Shown: positions 22,706 to 34,412 of the stretch, piece by piece
How positions within the stretch are numbered: the stretch's first letter is position 1
How the letters are laid out: every line of letters begins with the position of its first letter
NCBI GenBank assembly: GCA_965240325.2
Contig: OZ251224.1
Location: 4,216,001-4,280,000 of the forward strand
Origin: Rebecca billardiae RCC1528
Lineage: Eukaryota > Protista > Haptophyta
DNA: 64,000 nt
Reading direction: 5' to 3'
Notes under the pieces: model-generated
The model's input: only the letters and a program-made list of their open reading frames with translations
What the model was told of the DNA's origin: nothing
The model's database searches: none
Position numbers and translations under genes: made by a program

Positions 22706-25700
22706 ATGGCCCAGCAAGCCCTCGGGACGGTGCACGACACTCTGCGCGTGCTGATCGGTGCGCACCCGCTCAGCCTTCGCGGCCCCGTCGCCGAGGCCAC
22801 GCGTCTCCCTCGCCGCGCGTGCACATCCTTGGTCCAGCTCACCCGCGCCCCGACCCCCCCCGCGCGCGCGCGCGCAGAGGGGACGGTGCATCCGCTGGTG
22901 GTCGCCGATGGCTCGCGCGTCGTGCTCGCGGTGAACCCGCCCGCGCGCGATCTGCTGGTCGGGAGCGAGGGGGGCGAGCCCGTCGGCCGCAAGATCGCAC
23001 ACCTGCTGCGGCCCGACCCGAACGCCGGCGACGTCGCCGCCGAGGGCGAGCACGTGTGCACGATTGTCTCGTGTGAGCAGCGCACCAACTGCGTCACCAA
23101 GCGCGTGGGCGGGTACATCTGCCTCAACCTGATGCCCACCGGGCTGCTGCTGGGCGAGGACGACGAGAACGCCGCCGAGCACGCCGACGACGCCGCCGAG
23201 CGCGAGCAGCACGAGCACGAGCTCGAGGTGGCCGAGGAGGAGGAGCGCGCGTTCACCGAGCGAATCGCCGGCCACGTGCTGCCCGCGCCGACCGAGGACG
23301 TGGAGGGCTCGCCCGACGGCGAGCTGCACCTGCACGTGCTCTTCGTGGACGACGACCCGTTCCAGGCCAACGTGATGACCATGCTCTGCGCGTCCAACGG
23401 CTACCAGCTCACGCACTGCGCGAACGGCCCCGACGCGATCGAGGAGCTCAAGCTGCCCGAGCACCCGTACAACCTCGTGATGCTCGACCTCAACATGCAG
23501 CCAATGCACGGGCTCGAGGTGCTCAAGGCGATCCGCAAGTTCAACAAGCACATCACCGTGATCATCATCACCGCCACCGAGGACGACCACATGGTCAAGG
23601 TACGAGCCGCCGCGCCGCGCGCGCGCGAGAGAGAGAGAGAGAGGGAGGGAGAGAGAGAGAGGGAGAGAGAGAGAGGGAGACACAGAGACAGAGACACAGG
23701 GGGCGTGTGCCTCGCGCCGCGCGGCGCGGCGCGAGGCGACCGGTCGGTGCCGGCTGGCGGCGGCCGACGCGCGTCGCGCGCGTTGCGCGCACTCGCGCGC
23801 GTGCGCAGGCGTGCATCCTCCACGGCGCGAACTCGTACCTCGTCAAGCCCGTGCGCGAGAAGGACGTGCGCAACATCGGCCACTTTGCCATCGAGGCGAC
23901 CAAGGCGGAGAAGCGCAGGCGGCGCGCGCGCGTGCGCTCCGCGATCGCGTCCGTGCTGATGACCAAGTTTGCGATCGTGTTCATGCCGCTGCGCGCGTTC
24001 AAGGCGGAGGGGCGGCTGATCCCGCACGAGGTGGCGCGCGCGAAGGGGCTGCTCACGCAGTGCGACACGTACGACGAGGTCGCAGAGTTCATCCGAGTCC
24101 ACCCGACTGTGCGCGCGCGCGCGCTTGCGCCGGCGCCGCGGCGGCGCGCCGCCCCTCTCGCCGCCGAGCGCGTGGCTGTCGCCCGCGCGCGGCCGGTCGT
24201 TGGCGTGCGCAGCGGGCGGGCGAGCGCGCGCTCACTCGCATCACTCGCGCGCGCCCCGCGTGCGCCGTGCAACGTGCCCGCCGCCGCGTGCCGACCGTGT
24301 GCGCACAACGCCACGCAACGCCACGCCACGCAACGCCACGCCACGCACCGCAACGGCATGCATCAGGCCTTTTTCTCGCACCAGGCGCGGCCGCGAACCG
24401 CACGCGTGCCGAGCGCCCCTGCTGCCGAGCGCGCGCCGACCCCAGGCGGCGCGCTCGGCGCTCGGCGGTGCGCCGCTTGCGCCCTGCGCTGAGCGGCCGC
24501 GCGCCCCGCCCCTTCGCCCTCTGCGCGCGCGCCCGCGCCTGCAGTGGCTGGGCCGCAGCCACCCGGACCCGGAGGGGCGGCAGTACGAGCTGATGCTCGA
24601 CGCCTCGCGCCGGCTGTGTGAGCTCGAGGGCGTGTCGGAGGAGTCGCTCTTCGTCTGGGTGCGCGGCACGCGCCGAGCACGCGCGCGCGCTCGCAGCCCG
24701 GGGCGCGGCCGTCGGGTGGGGGGCCGTCCGGTGGGGGGCCGGAGCCTGCGGGCGCGCCGTGTGCGCCGTCCGCGCATCGGCCGCGCCGTCCGCGCCGCGG
24801 CCGCGCGCCGCCGGTCGCGCGGCGCGCCGGCCCGTGCGTCGGCGGGCGCAGGGCGCGCGCTGAGCCCGCCTCCGCCCCGCCGGCCCGCCCCCCTCTGCCG
24901 CCCGTTTGGCCTGCCCCGACCCCACCCCCACCCTCCACCCCGTCGCCTGCTGCCCCCGCGCGCATGGATGGCGTGCGCCTTGAATGTGCGCGCACGCACA
25001 GATCGACTACATCTCGATCCCGCAGCGCAACAAGCACATGCAGCGCATGAGCATCTCGACGCTGGGTGTGTACGCGTCGCTGTGCAAGTACTTCGTGGTG
25101 GTCGCGCCCGAGGCGACGCACGCGGACACGCGCCGCCGGTGCGACGCGACGACGTACCGCAAGCGAGGCTGGTGCCGCCTCGAGCAGTGGGCGCACCTCA
25201 CCGCCGCGGGCACGGAGAACATGTTTGCCATCGAGCGCGCGGGCGAGCTGGGCATGATCGACCAGCAGGACGCGTGGGTGGACGACTCGATCCGCGTGTT
25301 TGGCGGCGACTTCACGTTCGAGGTGCGCGGCGCAGCGCGGCGCAGCGCGGCGCAGCGCGGGGGGCGCCGTCGTGCTCGCGGCCCTGTCGTGTGCTGCCGT
25401 CGGACTGGCGGCGCGCGCCGCGCACGCGCGCGTGCTTGCCGCCGGCTGAGCGCGGCCTCGCGCCCCGCGCGCGGCCCCTCCTCCGTTGCGCGCGCTCCCC
25501 CAGGAGGACAAGCGGCAGCTGGTGGACGTGGTGATGGGCCTGTGGTCGCTCACGCTCGTGGCGCACGCGGCCGGGCTGTCGCACGTGCTGCCCATCATCA
25601 AGCGCGTGGATGCGCGCAAGGCGGAGGTGCGCGCGCGCGCGCTGCAGAGGGGGCGCGGCGGAGGGGGCAGCGCGCGCCGCGGCGGGGGCTGCTGCGGCGG

Positions 25701-26780
25701 CTGTGCGCGGCGGCGGGGCGGTCTCGCTGCCGCGCGGGCCGAGGCAGGCCGCGGCTGCGCACGCGCCGACCCCCGCTTCCCCCGCCCTCCCTCCGTCATC
25801 CCGCGCCGCGCCGCGCCCCCGCCGCTTGGTGCGTGCCCCGTGCCGCAGGTCTTCCCGTCCGAGCAGTTTGGGGAGATGGTCACGATGCTGGAGGACGAGA
25901 TCCGGCTGTACTACGAGGCGGAGCCCGCGCCGATCAGGGCCGACGCAAACGTGAGTGAGGCGCGCGCTCGCGCCGCAGGGGGCGGGGGCCTCGCGCTGCC
26001 GAGGGCTGCCGAGCGCGCGGCGCCGAGCGCGAGCGGGCGCGCGCGCTGGAGCGCCGTGCCGCGCGCCCCGCGCCCGCGCTGCGCCCGGCTCGACTGGCGC
26101 TCACGCGCGCGCCCGCCTCCCCCCCCCCCTCCCCCCCCGCGCGCAGGCGGAGTGGTCGCAGTCGATGCTCAGCCTGCCGCACCAGGCCTCGCACCTGACC
26201 GTGCAGTCCGTCTCCTCGCCTGGGCGGCGCAACCGCTTCGGCCCGCCCTCCATCACCACGACCGCGCGAGCATCCGAGATGCACGTCGTCGCGGCCGAGC
26301 TCGTGGAGAACCGCCGGCTGTACCACAAGCTGGCGGCGAGCGGGGTGGGCGCGGACGGCGCGAAGCAGACGGCGATGGCGCAGCTGCAGGTCTCGATGGA
26401 GGCGCTCAAGCTGCCCGCGGACGCGGAGCTCGTGCGCGAGGTGCTCGTCTCGATGCGGATCGAGCCCGCCGGCCCGCCGCTCGCCTTCCGCGACTACTGC
26501 CGCGCGCTCGGCAAGCTGAGGCGAGTGCGGAGCGGCGTGGGCGCCAACTCGCCGTCGCCGATGATGCGGATCGCGCCCTCGCTCTCGAGGTCACCGCGCA
26601 TGGCGCAGGAGGACGGGGTGGGCCTCCAGCACGGCGGCGGCGGCGGCAGCTCGTCGCTCAGCTTGCCGCCGCCGGCTTGGCAAGTGGGCTCGAGCAGCAA
26701 GCTGCGCGAAAGGGGCTCGGGCCTGAGCCCGATGCAGCTGCCACAGCCTGCTGCCACACCGGTGCCAGGAGGAGTCACCG

Positions 26781-26785
<5 letters not shown>
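22706..26785 (+). CDS. PAS-like + response-regulator receiver + HET-like domain + degenerate EF-hand-like protein; exons 22706-22757, 22878-23599, 23809-24108, 24367-24384, 24545-24658, 25002-25322, 25504-25626, 25849-25950, 26147-26785
   Basis: PAS-like LVVADGSRVVLAVNPPARDLLVG..VGRKIAHLL. Canonical REC: VLFVDDD, LVMLDLNMQPMHGLE, IIITA, GANSYLVKP. HET-like: FFSHQW..HPDP, WIDYISIPQ, Y..RGWCRLE. All eight splice junctions keep the frame. Confidence 0.85.

Positions 26786-26852
<67 letters not shown>
26786..26852. repeat. (TA)n microsatellite
   Basis: About 33 TA units directly after the stop codon at 26783-26785. Confidence 0.98.
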
Positions 26853-26854
<2 letters not shown>

Positions 26855-26891
26855 CTAATCAATATTATATATATATTATCATCGTCATTAT

Positions 26892-27000
26892 TATATATTT
26901 AACGACGTGGCAGCATCGGACAAGCGTCAGGCTCAGAGTGCAACAGACACATAGAATGCGTCCGCGCCTTCCGTCCAGGTCAGACAGTGCGCCACCCGCA
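26892..27000 (-). mobile_element. ~110-bp truncated copy of the end of the element at 46858-46967
   Basis: Reverse complement of 46858-46967 with one substitution and one 1-nt indel; both copies end in TA-rich tails. Confidence 0.75.
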
Positions 27001-27372
27001 TATATAATATTATATAGTAATAATATAGACAGAGTACAATAAAAGTTCTGGTGAGCAGCTCTAGCGTAGATGAGTGAGATACAGCTACTAGCTAGCGCTA
27101 ACTAGCGGCGAAGATCCAGCACGAAGCCAGCTGTCGTCGTCAGAACGGTGAACCGCGCCGGTACGGCCGAGCAGCTCGGCCTCGTGGCGCGGTCTGCGCC
27201 TGCGCCGGGTCGTTGCCGGCGGTGCCCAGCGCGCGCGGTGTCACTGCCATGGCCGTGCGCGCGCGCGGTCCCGGTGCCAGCCGACATGATCGTGATTGCC
27301 TGCGATAGCCCGGCCACCGCCGCGCAGCAGCTATGCGCGCGCAGCATGCGCCAGCCAGCTCCGCCCCTAGCC

Positions 27373-28994
27373 CTACGAGGTGTTCACCGAGATGAAGCCG
27401 TACTGGGTCTGCGCCTGCGTGTTGGGCGGCACGTAGTGTGTGACCGCCGCCTTCTGCTCCGCCTCTGGCAGGTCCTGCGCCATCGCGTGGTGCATCGCCG
27501 ACGCGACGAGCGGCGACCTCGCCATCGCGGGCGTGGCCATCCGCGACACGTCCAGCCCGTCGTAGCTGAAGCACGGCAGCTGGATGTTCGCGTTGTACAC
27601 GGCGGTGCCGACCAGCAGGATCGCGAGGCCGGCGAGCTCGAGGAAGGACCAGTTGGTCCACATCTCGCCAAACGCGCCGCCCGACACGGCATAGAAGATG
27701 AAGAGGTCGGTCGACCAGACGGTGATCGGCCTGAAGTTGTCGAGGATCGCGTGCCACACGCTGTTGAGCAGGTACGTGACGAGCACGCCGAACGTGTTGT
27801 ACAGGAAGATGAAGAGGAAGTACCACACGAGGATCAGCTGGATCGTGCTCGAGTTTTGGATCATCACCAGCGTGTTGCGCGGGTCCTCTATCCGGCCGTG
27901 GTCGTCGCCCGGCAGGAAGAACGCCAGCGGGTACAGCACGAGCGTGCAGATCACCGCGCCCCACAGGCCCTGCGCGCGCGCAGCCGGCCGAGCGGAGCGG
28001 TGCGCGGGCGCACGGGCGAGAGAGAGAGGGGGCGAGAGAAAGCGGTTGCGGCGGTGGTGGCAGGGGCGCCGTCAGCGCCGGCGCGCGCGCGCGCGCGCCG
28101 GGCAGGGCGCGCGGGGATCGGGCGCGGCCGCGCGCGGGGGTCGCGCGCGCGCGCTCGCACCTCCATGCCAATCACCAGCAGCGGCGGCGCGGAGACGTCG
28201 CCCGTCATCACCTTCTCCTCGAACGCGTACTGCAGCGACTGCACAAACGTGCCGCACAGGATCAGCGCAACGCCCAGCAGGGGGTTGTCTGCGCGGCCGC
28301 GCGGAGGCGGCGGGGGAGGATGGGCGGGGCGGGCGGGCGGGCGCGGCGGCGGCTCGGCGTGATGGGTGGGTTGGCGCGCGCGAGCCCTCGACCACCGGCG
28401 CCGCGCGTGCGTGCGCCGCGTGCGCGCACCGCCGCTCATGTCGTCCGAGCCCGCGCCCAGCACGCTCGTCAGCCCGACCAGCGTGATCGCGAGCGCGAGC
28501 AGGCAGACGCCGACCCAGTTGTAGCCCTTCAGCCGGTCCTTGAGCAGGTAGTGCTTCATCAACGCGACGAAGACGATGCACGCGCCGCGTAGCAGCTGGT
28601 ACACCGACGCAGAGATGTGCAGCAGCCCAAACATGCACAGCACGGTCGCGAGGAGGTCAAAGCACGCCGGCACGGCGAGGATAAAGTAGGTCCAGGTCGG
28701 CATGCTCGGCTTGGGCACCTCGATGGCGGGGTTAATCCCCTTCTTCAGCGACTGCTGCTCCTCGCTGCCTTTGCGCCTCTCCCAGTACTCGTACGCGAAG
28801 TGGATCGGCAGCGCGCATGTCATCGCGACAAACATGATCCACGACTGGAAGAGCGGGTCCTCGAACTTCTCGACCTCACCGGTCATGCCGACGGACTCGG
28901 CCGTCAGCAGCATCTTCGACGCGAGCGAGCATCCCGTGCCCGAGATCAGCCCGATCACGAACACGAGGACCTCGCGCCACGTGCACGCGGCCAT
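27373..28994 (-). CDS. SLC35F6-like / DMT-superfamily nucleotide-sugar-type transporter; introns 28289-28429 and 27970-28160
   Basis: Motifs FEDPLFQSWIMFVAM, PACFDLLAT, ASVYQLLRGACIVF, QSLQYAFEEK, IGMEGLWG, WHAILDNFRPITVW; about 10 hydrophobic segments. Confidence 0.9.
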
Positions 28995-29354
28995 TGTCGC
29001 CCCGGTGCTCACGCCCGAGATCACGGCAGTCAGGGACGATGCCGGTCGGAGTGGAAAGCCTCGAATCTAATAGATCACCAGCAGAAGGCACCGTTCCGAC
29101 GTCCGGCGTCACGAGCAAGCCCTTGGACCACCCTTGCCCTTGGTATGGTACTCACGAGCTCCGGTCGCGACTCATCAGAACGTGACTAGTTTCAGACTCA
29201 CAATCAGCCCATCACCGACCGAGATGATCGAGAGGCTTGAGCAAACAGCCAAACCAAAACTGAAAACAAAGCGGCATCATCAGCAGCGAACCTTTTGACC
29301 TTGCCCACCGCGGCACAGGCTGTGACGTCCCCGCCCGGCCACTCGCATCCAGCG

Positions 29355-30194
29355 ATGGCGAAGCGCAAGGCAGAAGCGGACAGCGGCGAGGGCGCCAAGA
29401 AGGCCAAACCTTCTGCTGAGAAGGCAGGCAAGGCGGCGACGGGAAAGACCACGCCGACCATCGCCTGCCTCGCCCCCACAGAGGCTGCCAAGATGCCGAG
29501 CTCGTCGAAGGAGTTCCGCGAGCGCTTGGCTTCGCAGAAGAAGGAGCTGTACAAAGACCCGCCCGTGCTGCCACCGGCGGGGGCACAAGTGCTCTCCAAG
29601 CTCGAGCCGTTGCCCACACGCTCAAAGGACACGGGCGAGCTCAAGTTCGCGGACCAGCCCAAGTTCCGGCCGAACCTCACGCCTAAGGAGGTGATGCAGG
29701 CTGGCTCATTTGGTGGCACGTACTTCCGGCCGATCGTGAGCGCGGTGACGGGAGAGCGCTATCGTGGGATTCACAAGGAGTTCCCAGCAGACTGGTTCGA
29801 GGGCCTTGACCTCTCCCGGCACGTCGTGTCCTCCAAGTACGACGCCTCGGTCAACAAGTACAAGGTGAGCTGCGGCGGCAGCCTCGACATGTGGGAGTCG
29901 AGTGGCTGGATCTCGCACATCGACCCGTACGGATGGTTCCACTGGTACTGCCGGTTCTACCTCGGGCGGCGGTCCACAGACGACGCCCGACAGATCGATC
30001 GTTGGCTCAAGGGCCAGGGGCCGACGGGGCGCTGGCGCACCCAGCTCTGCAACAAGGTGCTGCAGAGCAAATCCAAGCAGTTTGACGATGCCTTGGTCAG
30101 CCCAGTGATCCGGCAGACGTGCCTGCATTGGGCGTACGAGCTCACGAGCAAGGACCTCGCCGCACACGCGCGGAAGAAAGGGATCCAGCTTTGA
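29355..30194 (+). CDS. Conserved uncharacterised protein (zgc:113208-like family)
   Basis: Motifs FRPNLTPKEV..AGSFGGTYFRPI, VNKYKVSCG, WESSGWI..DPYGWFHWYCRFYLGRR..DDARQIDRW, SPVIRQTCLHWAY; family assignment from recall. Confidence 0.85.
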   Translation: MAKRKAEADSGEGAKKAKPSAEKAGKAATGKTTPTIACLAPTEAAKMPSSSKEFRERLASQKKELYKDPPVLPPAGAQVLSKLEPLPTRSKDTGELKFADQPKFRPNLTPKEVMQAGSFGGTYFRPIVSAVTGERYRGIHKEFPADWFEGLDLSRHVVSSKYDASVNKYKVSCGGSLDMWESSGWISHIDPYGWFHWYCRFYLGRRSTDDARQIDRWLKGQGPTGRWRTQLCNKVLQSKSKQFDDALVSPVIRQTCLHWAYELTSKDLAAHARKKGIQL

Positions 30195-30582
30195 ACCCGC
30201 ATCCAGGGCGCGTATCGTCGTCGTCATCATCGTACTGGACATCCGCGCGGCCGCCGTGACGTGGCGGTCAGCCAGCACTGACGCCGCCCCGGCGCTCAGT
30301 CGGCAGCCTGAGGAGCCCTGATGTCAGACTCGGACCGGGCCTCAGATCCGAACGACCGAACGGAGACGGACTCTCAAGCTCTGACAGTTTATCAGAGCCA
30401 GACGCAGGCTCCTGACGGTCCTGCTGGTAGTGGTACTGCCGCCGTGATTGGCCATGACGATGTAACTGTGTATACTAACTGTGCATCGTCCGCGACTAAG
30501 AGTCTTACTAGTAGTAGTAAGAGTACTAACCCGGCAGGCGGTGCGCCGGTGCGGTGACTCCGCCAGTCGTCAATACTCGACT

Positions 30583-33500
30583 TCCCCCCCCCAAGACGGG
30601 CCCGGCCCGTGATGTGCGCAGCGGAGGCGCGCGGTCGAAGTCGCGCTTTCGCCGCGTCTGAAAAAGCGCCGTGGTACCTTTGCGCGCGCCCTGCGCGCCA
30701 CTGGGCGCACGGTGGCGGCCGCGCGCCGCCGCGCGGGCCGCATCCTCGCGGCCACTGGCGCCACCGCGAGGCCGCGCGCTCGGGCTGGGCGGGCTGCCAG
30801 CCGCGCGTAGGAGCCCGCCGCGCGCGCTCGGCCCGGCTCGCGGCCTACTCGCCGCCCGTGCGCTCGGCACGCGGCCGGCGCGACCCGGGCGGCGCGGCGC
30901 GCGAGGTTCGCGCGCCCGCTCGCCGGGCGCGTGAGCGAGTCGGGCGCGTTCGGTCGGCGGCGCCTGAGGGAGCGTGTCCCTCACGAGCTGTAGCGAGCCG
31001 GGCTCCCTCGCCTCGACGCCCGAGGCGGTGCGCCGCGCGCGTTCTGTGCCGGTCTGCGGCGGCGCAGCGGCTGCGCTCGCGCACGGACGGCCGCTGGGCT
31101 TGGATGGGCGCTCTCGAGCGCGTTTGGCGGCGGATCCCGCGCAGAGCGCTGGGGCAGGCACGGCGACCCGCTCTGTCCGCGCCCAGCCCGCCTCGTGACG
31201 GAGGCCTTGCCCATCGACCGCTCGCGCGCCTCACCGCCGGCGCTAGACCGGAGTCAGGCGTGGGCCGCACGCGCCGCGTGGGCCGCGCGCGCGCCCGGTC
31301 AGCCCACGAAGGTGGCGCGGCATCTGGCGGCACGCGAGGGCAATGCAGTTGCAGCAGCCTACCTTTCAGCTGGCATCTCTGCTCAGCCGGTCGCACTCGT
31401 TTCTCGCCATGCTCAGCGCTCATGCGTCTTCATGCCTGCGGTGCTGGAGGAGGGCCGTCCTGCTGCAGTCATGACCACTGGCTGCTGCCCTTTGAGTGCG
31501 CTAGCTGGCAGCGTTCACAGACGTGCGGCGCGCGGCGCATGCTGCTGTCCGCGCCCAATGAGCCCACAGCTGCGCTGACCTTGGCACAGCAGGGCACAAA
31601 GCGCTGCTATCGCCCATAGCAGTGACTGTGCCGAGCCGACTGAGCACCGGCTGCGCATGCGCACAAGCTGAGCTAGCAGGCCCAGCTCGAGTGTTGGCGA
31701 GCGACATGCGCAGTTGATGCAGCCTGGGCCGCCCGAGCGCAGCCGCGCACGCCCGTCTCACGGCCGTGCTAGGCATGCCGTGCCCATGGCTGTGTGCGCG
31801 CTGTTCACTCAGCAGTGCTGCACATAGATGCTGTAGTGTGCGCGAGCCCGCGCGTGTGCAGTGCCGACAGCTCTGCCAGACTCGCCAGAGCCCGAGCAGC
31901 AGCACGGATGTAGGGAACGTACACCTGTTGAGCGGACGACGCTGCTTGACACCCGTTGCCATGCGCACCTGGGACCACCACCCGGCCTGCTGATGTAGTG
32001 TCGACCGTTGAGCTTGAATACTGTGCGATGACCGCGCGAGACTGGCTGGGCAGCGGCGATGGCGGCAGAGACGATGGCGGCGACGACGCTCTGGGATCGG
32101 CGGCGGACTGGGCGGTGATGATGACGGTGATGACGGCTGTGGACTAGGTGGTGACGACACTGGCGGTGATGGTGGTAGCGATGGTGGTGGGATCCGCGGT
32201 GGGCTCGGCGGCGGACTGGGAGGAGGGGGCAACTGTGGCGGTGATGGCTGCGGGCTTGGCTGCGAGCTCGGTGGCGGGCCTGGCGGCGGCGACGGCAGCG
32301 TTCTACGCGGCGGGCGTAGCGGCGGAGATGTTGGCAGTGGTGGCGGCGGGTATGCCAGTGGCGATGGTGGTGGCGACGACGGTTGGCTGGCCGGCGGGCT
32401 GGGTGGCACCTGCAGCCAGCCCTTCCAGCAAGCAATGCTGACAATGCGGGCAGCAGTGTCAGTCGGGCATGATTCTCAACCACTCAAGCTACCTGCAGCG
32501 CCGCCTCGGCGTGCTCTCTCGCACTGCGACGTCCGCGTGTGACACGGGGCACAGCCTCTGCCGCCTGACCAGCAGCAGCTCGCCCCACTGGATTGCACTC
32601 TGGATGGCACGGCTACACGAGCAGTCACCAATGATGCCTTGGTCTGTCAGACGGTCACACAGGCTGGCTGGCGCACTCAGCGCGCCTCTGCCGCGGCAGC
32701 AGATGGCGAGCTGCCTGCGCTTGGCGTTTGAGGCAAGGTTGGCCGGCGCGCACAGCCAGTGGCCCACCACGATCTCGACCTCGGGAGGAAGCGCCTTATG
32801 GGCCGAGCAAACTTGCGAGCACACTATGGGCCGGCGCGTGCCTGCTCGGCCAGCAGCTGCTGTCCTGGATGCCGAGCCCGAGATGATGTCGGCCAGCATG
32901 GTGGGCTGCCTCGGGCCTGCCTCGGGCATACCGTGATGGCGCATGTTCGCTCGGTCGTGTGCCTAGCCGCATCGACGCGGGCACGGCATCGGTGATGGCG
33001 GCTCTGACCTGTCAGCCAGAGAGTCTCAGCTGACGTGACACCACGGGCCTGGCCGTCGATGTTGTTAGGTATTCGGGTCGCCGCCTCAGTTGTTAGACTC
33101 ACCCGACCTTCCGCCTAGACGTGTTGTACGTAGCCACGTGCTATCTACTGGCGCATACCTGGATGTGTGTGGCATAGCCTCTCGCCTGCCCAGCGATATA
33201 TCAGGCACGGGGCAAGCTGCATACGTAGCCCGCAGGCTAAGCGCCGCTCACGATTGCTACACTTCTGACTTGTGCCCACTTCGTGCACAGCGACACACGC
33301 GCGCATGCTGGAGCCAGGCGCGCCAAAGGCGACGGCCAAGAAGGCGTGCGGCCAGCCAGCGCATGCGAGAGTCAGGCGCAGTGAAGAGCACATCGCATCG
33401 CCTTCGTGGGCTGACCGGGCGCGCGCGCGGCCCGCGCGGCGCGTGCGGCCCACGCCCGACTCCGGTCTAGCGCCGGCGGTGAGGCGCGCGAGCGGTCGAT

Positions 33501-34128
33501 GGGCAAGGCCTCCGTCACGAGGCGGGCTGGGCGCGGACAGAGCGGGTCGCCGTGCCTGCCCCAGCGCTCTGCGCGGGATCCGCCGCCAAACGCGCTCGAG
33601 AGCGCCCATCCAAGCCCAGCGGCCGTCCGTGCGCGAGCGCAGCCGCTGCGCCGCCGCAGACCGGCACAGAACGCGCGCGGCGCACCGCCTCGGGCGTCGA
33701 GGCGAGGGAGCCCGGCTCGCTACAGCTCGTGAGGGACACGCTCCCTCAGGCGCCGCCGACCGAACGCGCCCGACTCGCTCACGCGCCCGGCGAGCGGGCG
33801 CGCGAACCTCGCGCACCGCGCCGCCCGGGTCGCGCCGGCCGCGTGCCGAGCGCACGGGCGGCGAGTAGGCCGCGAGCCGGGCCGAGCGCGCGCGGCGGGC
33901 TCCTACGCGCGGCTGGCAGCCCGCCCAGCCCGAGCGCGCGGCCTCGCGGTGGCGCCAGTGGCCGTGAGGATGCGGCCCGCGCGGCGGCGCGCGGCCGCCA
34001 CCGTGCGCCCAGTGGCGCGAAGGGCGCGCAAAGGTACCACGGCGCTTTTTCAGACGCGGCGAAAGCGCGACTTCGACCGCGCGCCTCCGCTGCGCACATC
34101 ACGGGCCGGGCCCGTCTTGGGGGGGGGA
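30583..34128. mobile_element. Foldback-type element with ~730-bp terminal inverted repeats and 4-bp TSD GACT
   Basis: Arm 30583-31312 is the reverse complement of 33401-34128 with only a few differences. Termini TC9AAGACGGG / CCCGTCTTG9A. GACT at 30579-30582 and 34129-34132. Confidence 0.92.
31501..32944 (-). pseudogene. Captured/decayed gene fragments inside the foldback element (Pro/Ser-rich PPSPPP linker, Cys-rich segments)
   Basis: Extensin-like PPSPPP stretch at about 32090-32410, with Cys-rich flanking frames broken by stops and frameshifts. Confidence 0.4.
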
Positions 34129-34412
34129 GACTGCTAGTACGAGTTCACTGGCATCACAGCTGCTTTTAATGATTGTGTCAATGATGACGATGGAAAGAAC
34201 GCGCGCGCGTCCGGAATTCGGACGGCGCGCGCGCGGGCGGCGGCCCGCGGATTGAGTGATCCCGAGTTTCAGTTCTGTCTGTAGACTGCACGGTTCGGGC
34301 GCGGCTGCTGAGCCGGTAGCTGATCCTGAAGACGATCAGGTGCTGTACACACCGGCTCCACGTCGCGGGCCGGGGTGAGCCTCATGGCGCGGAGACGGCC
34401 CGACGCGTCGGC

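Noticed and set aside
23628-23700. (GA)n tract translating as RERERE
   Set aside because: It is a microsatellite inside intron 23600-23808 and is not coding.
30526-31619. Duplicated ORFs in the two foldback arms
   Set aside because: They simply mirror the inverted repeat and have artefact-like composition.
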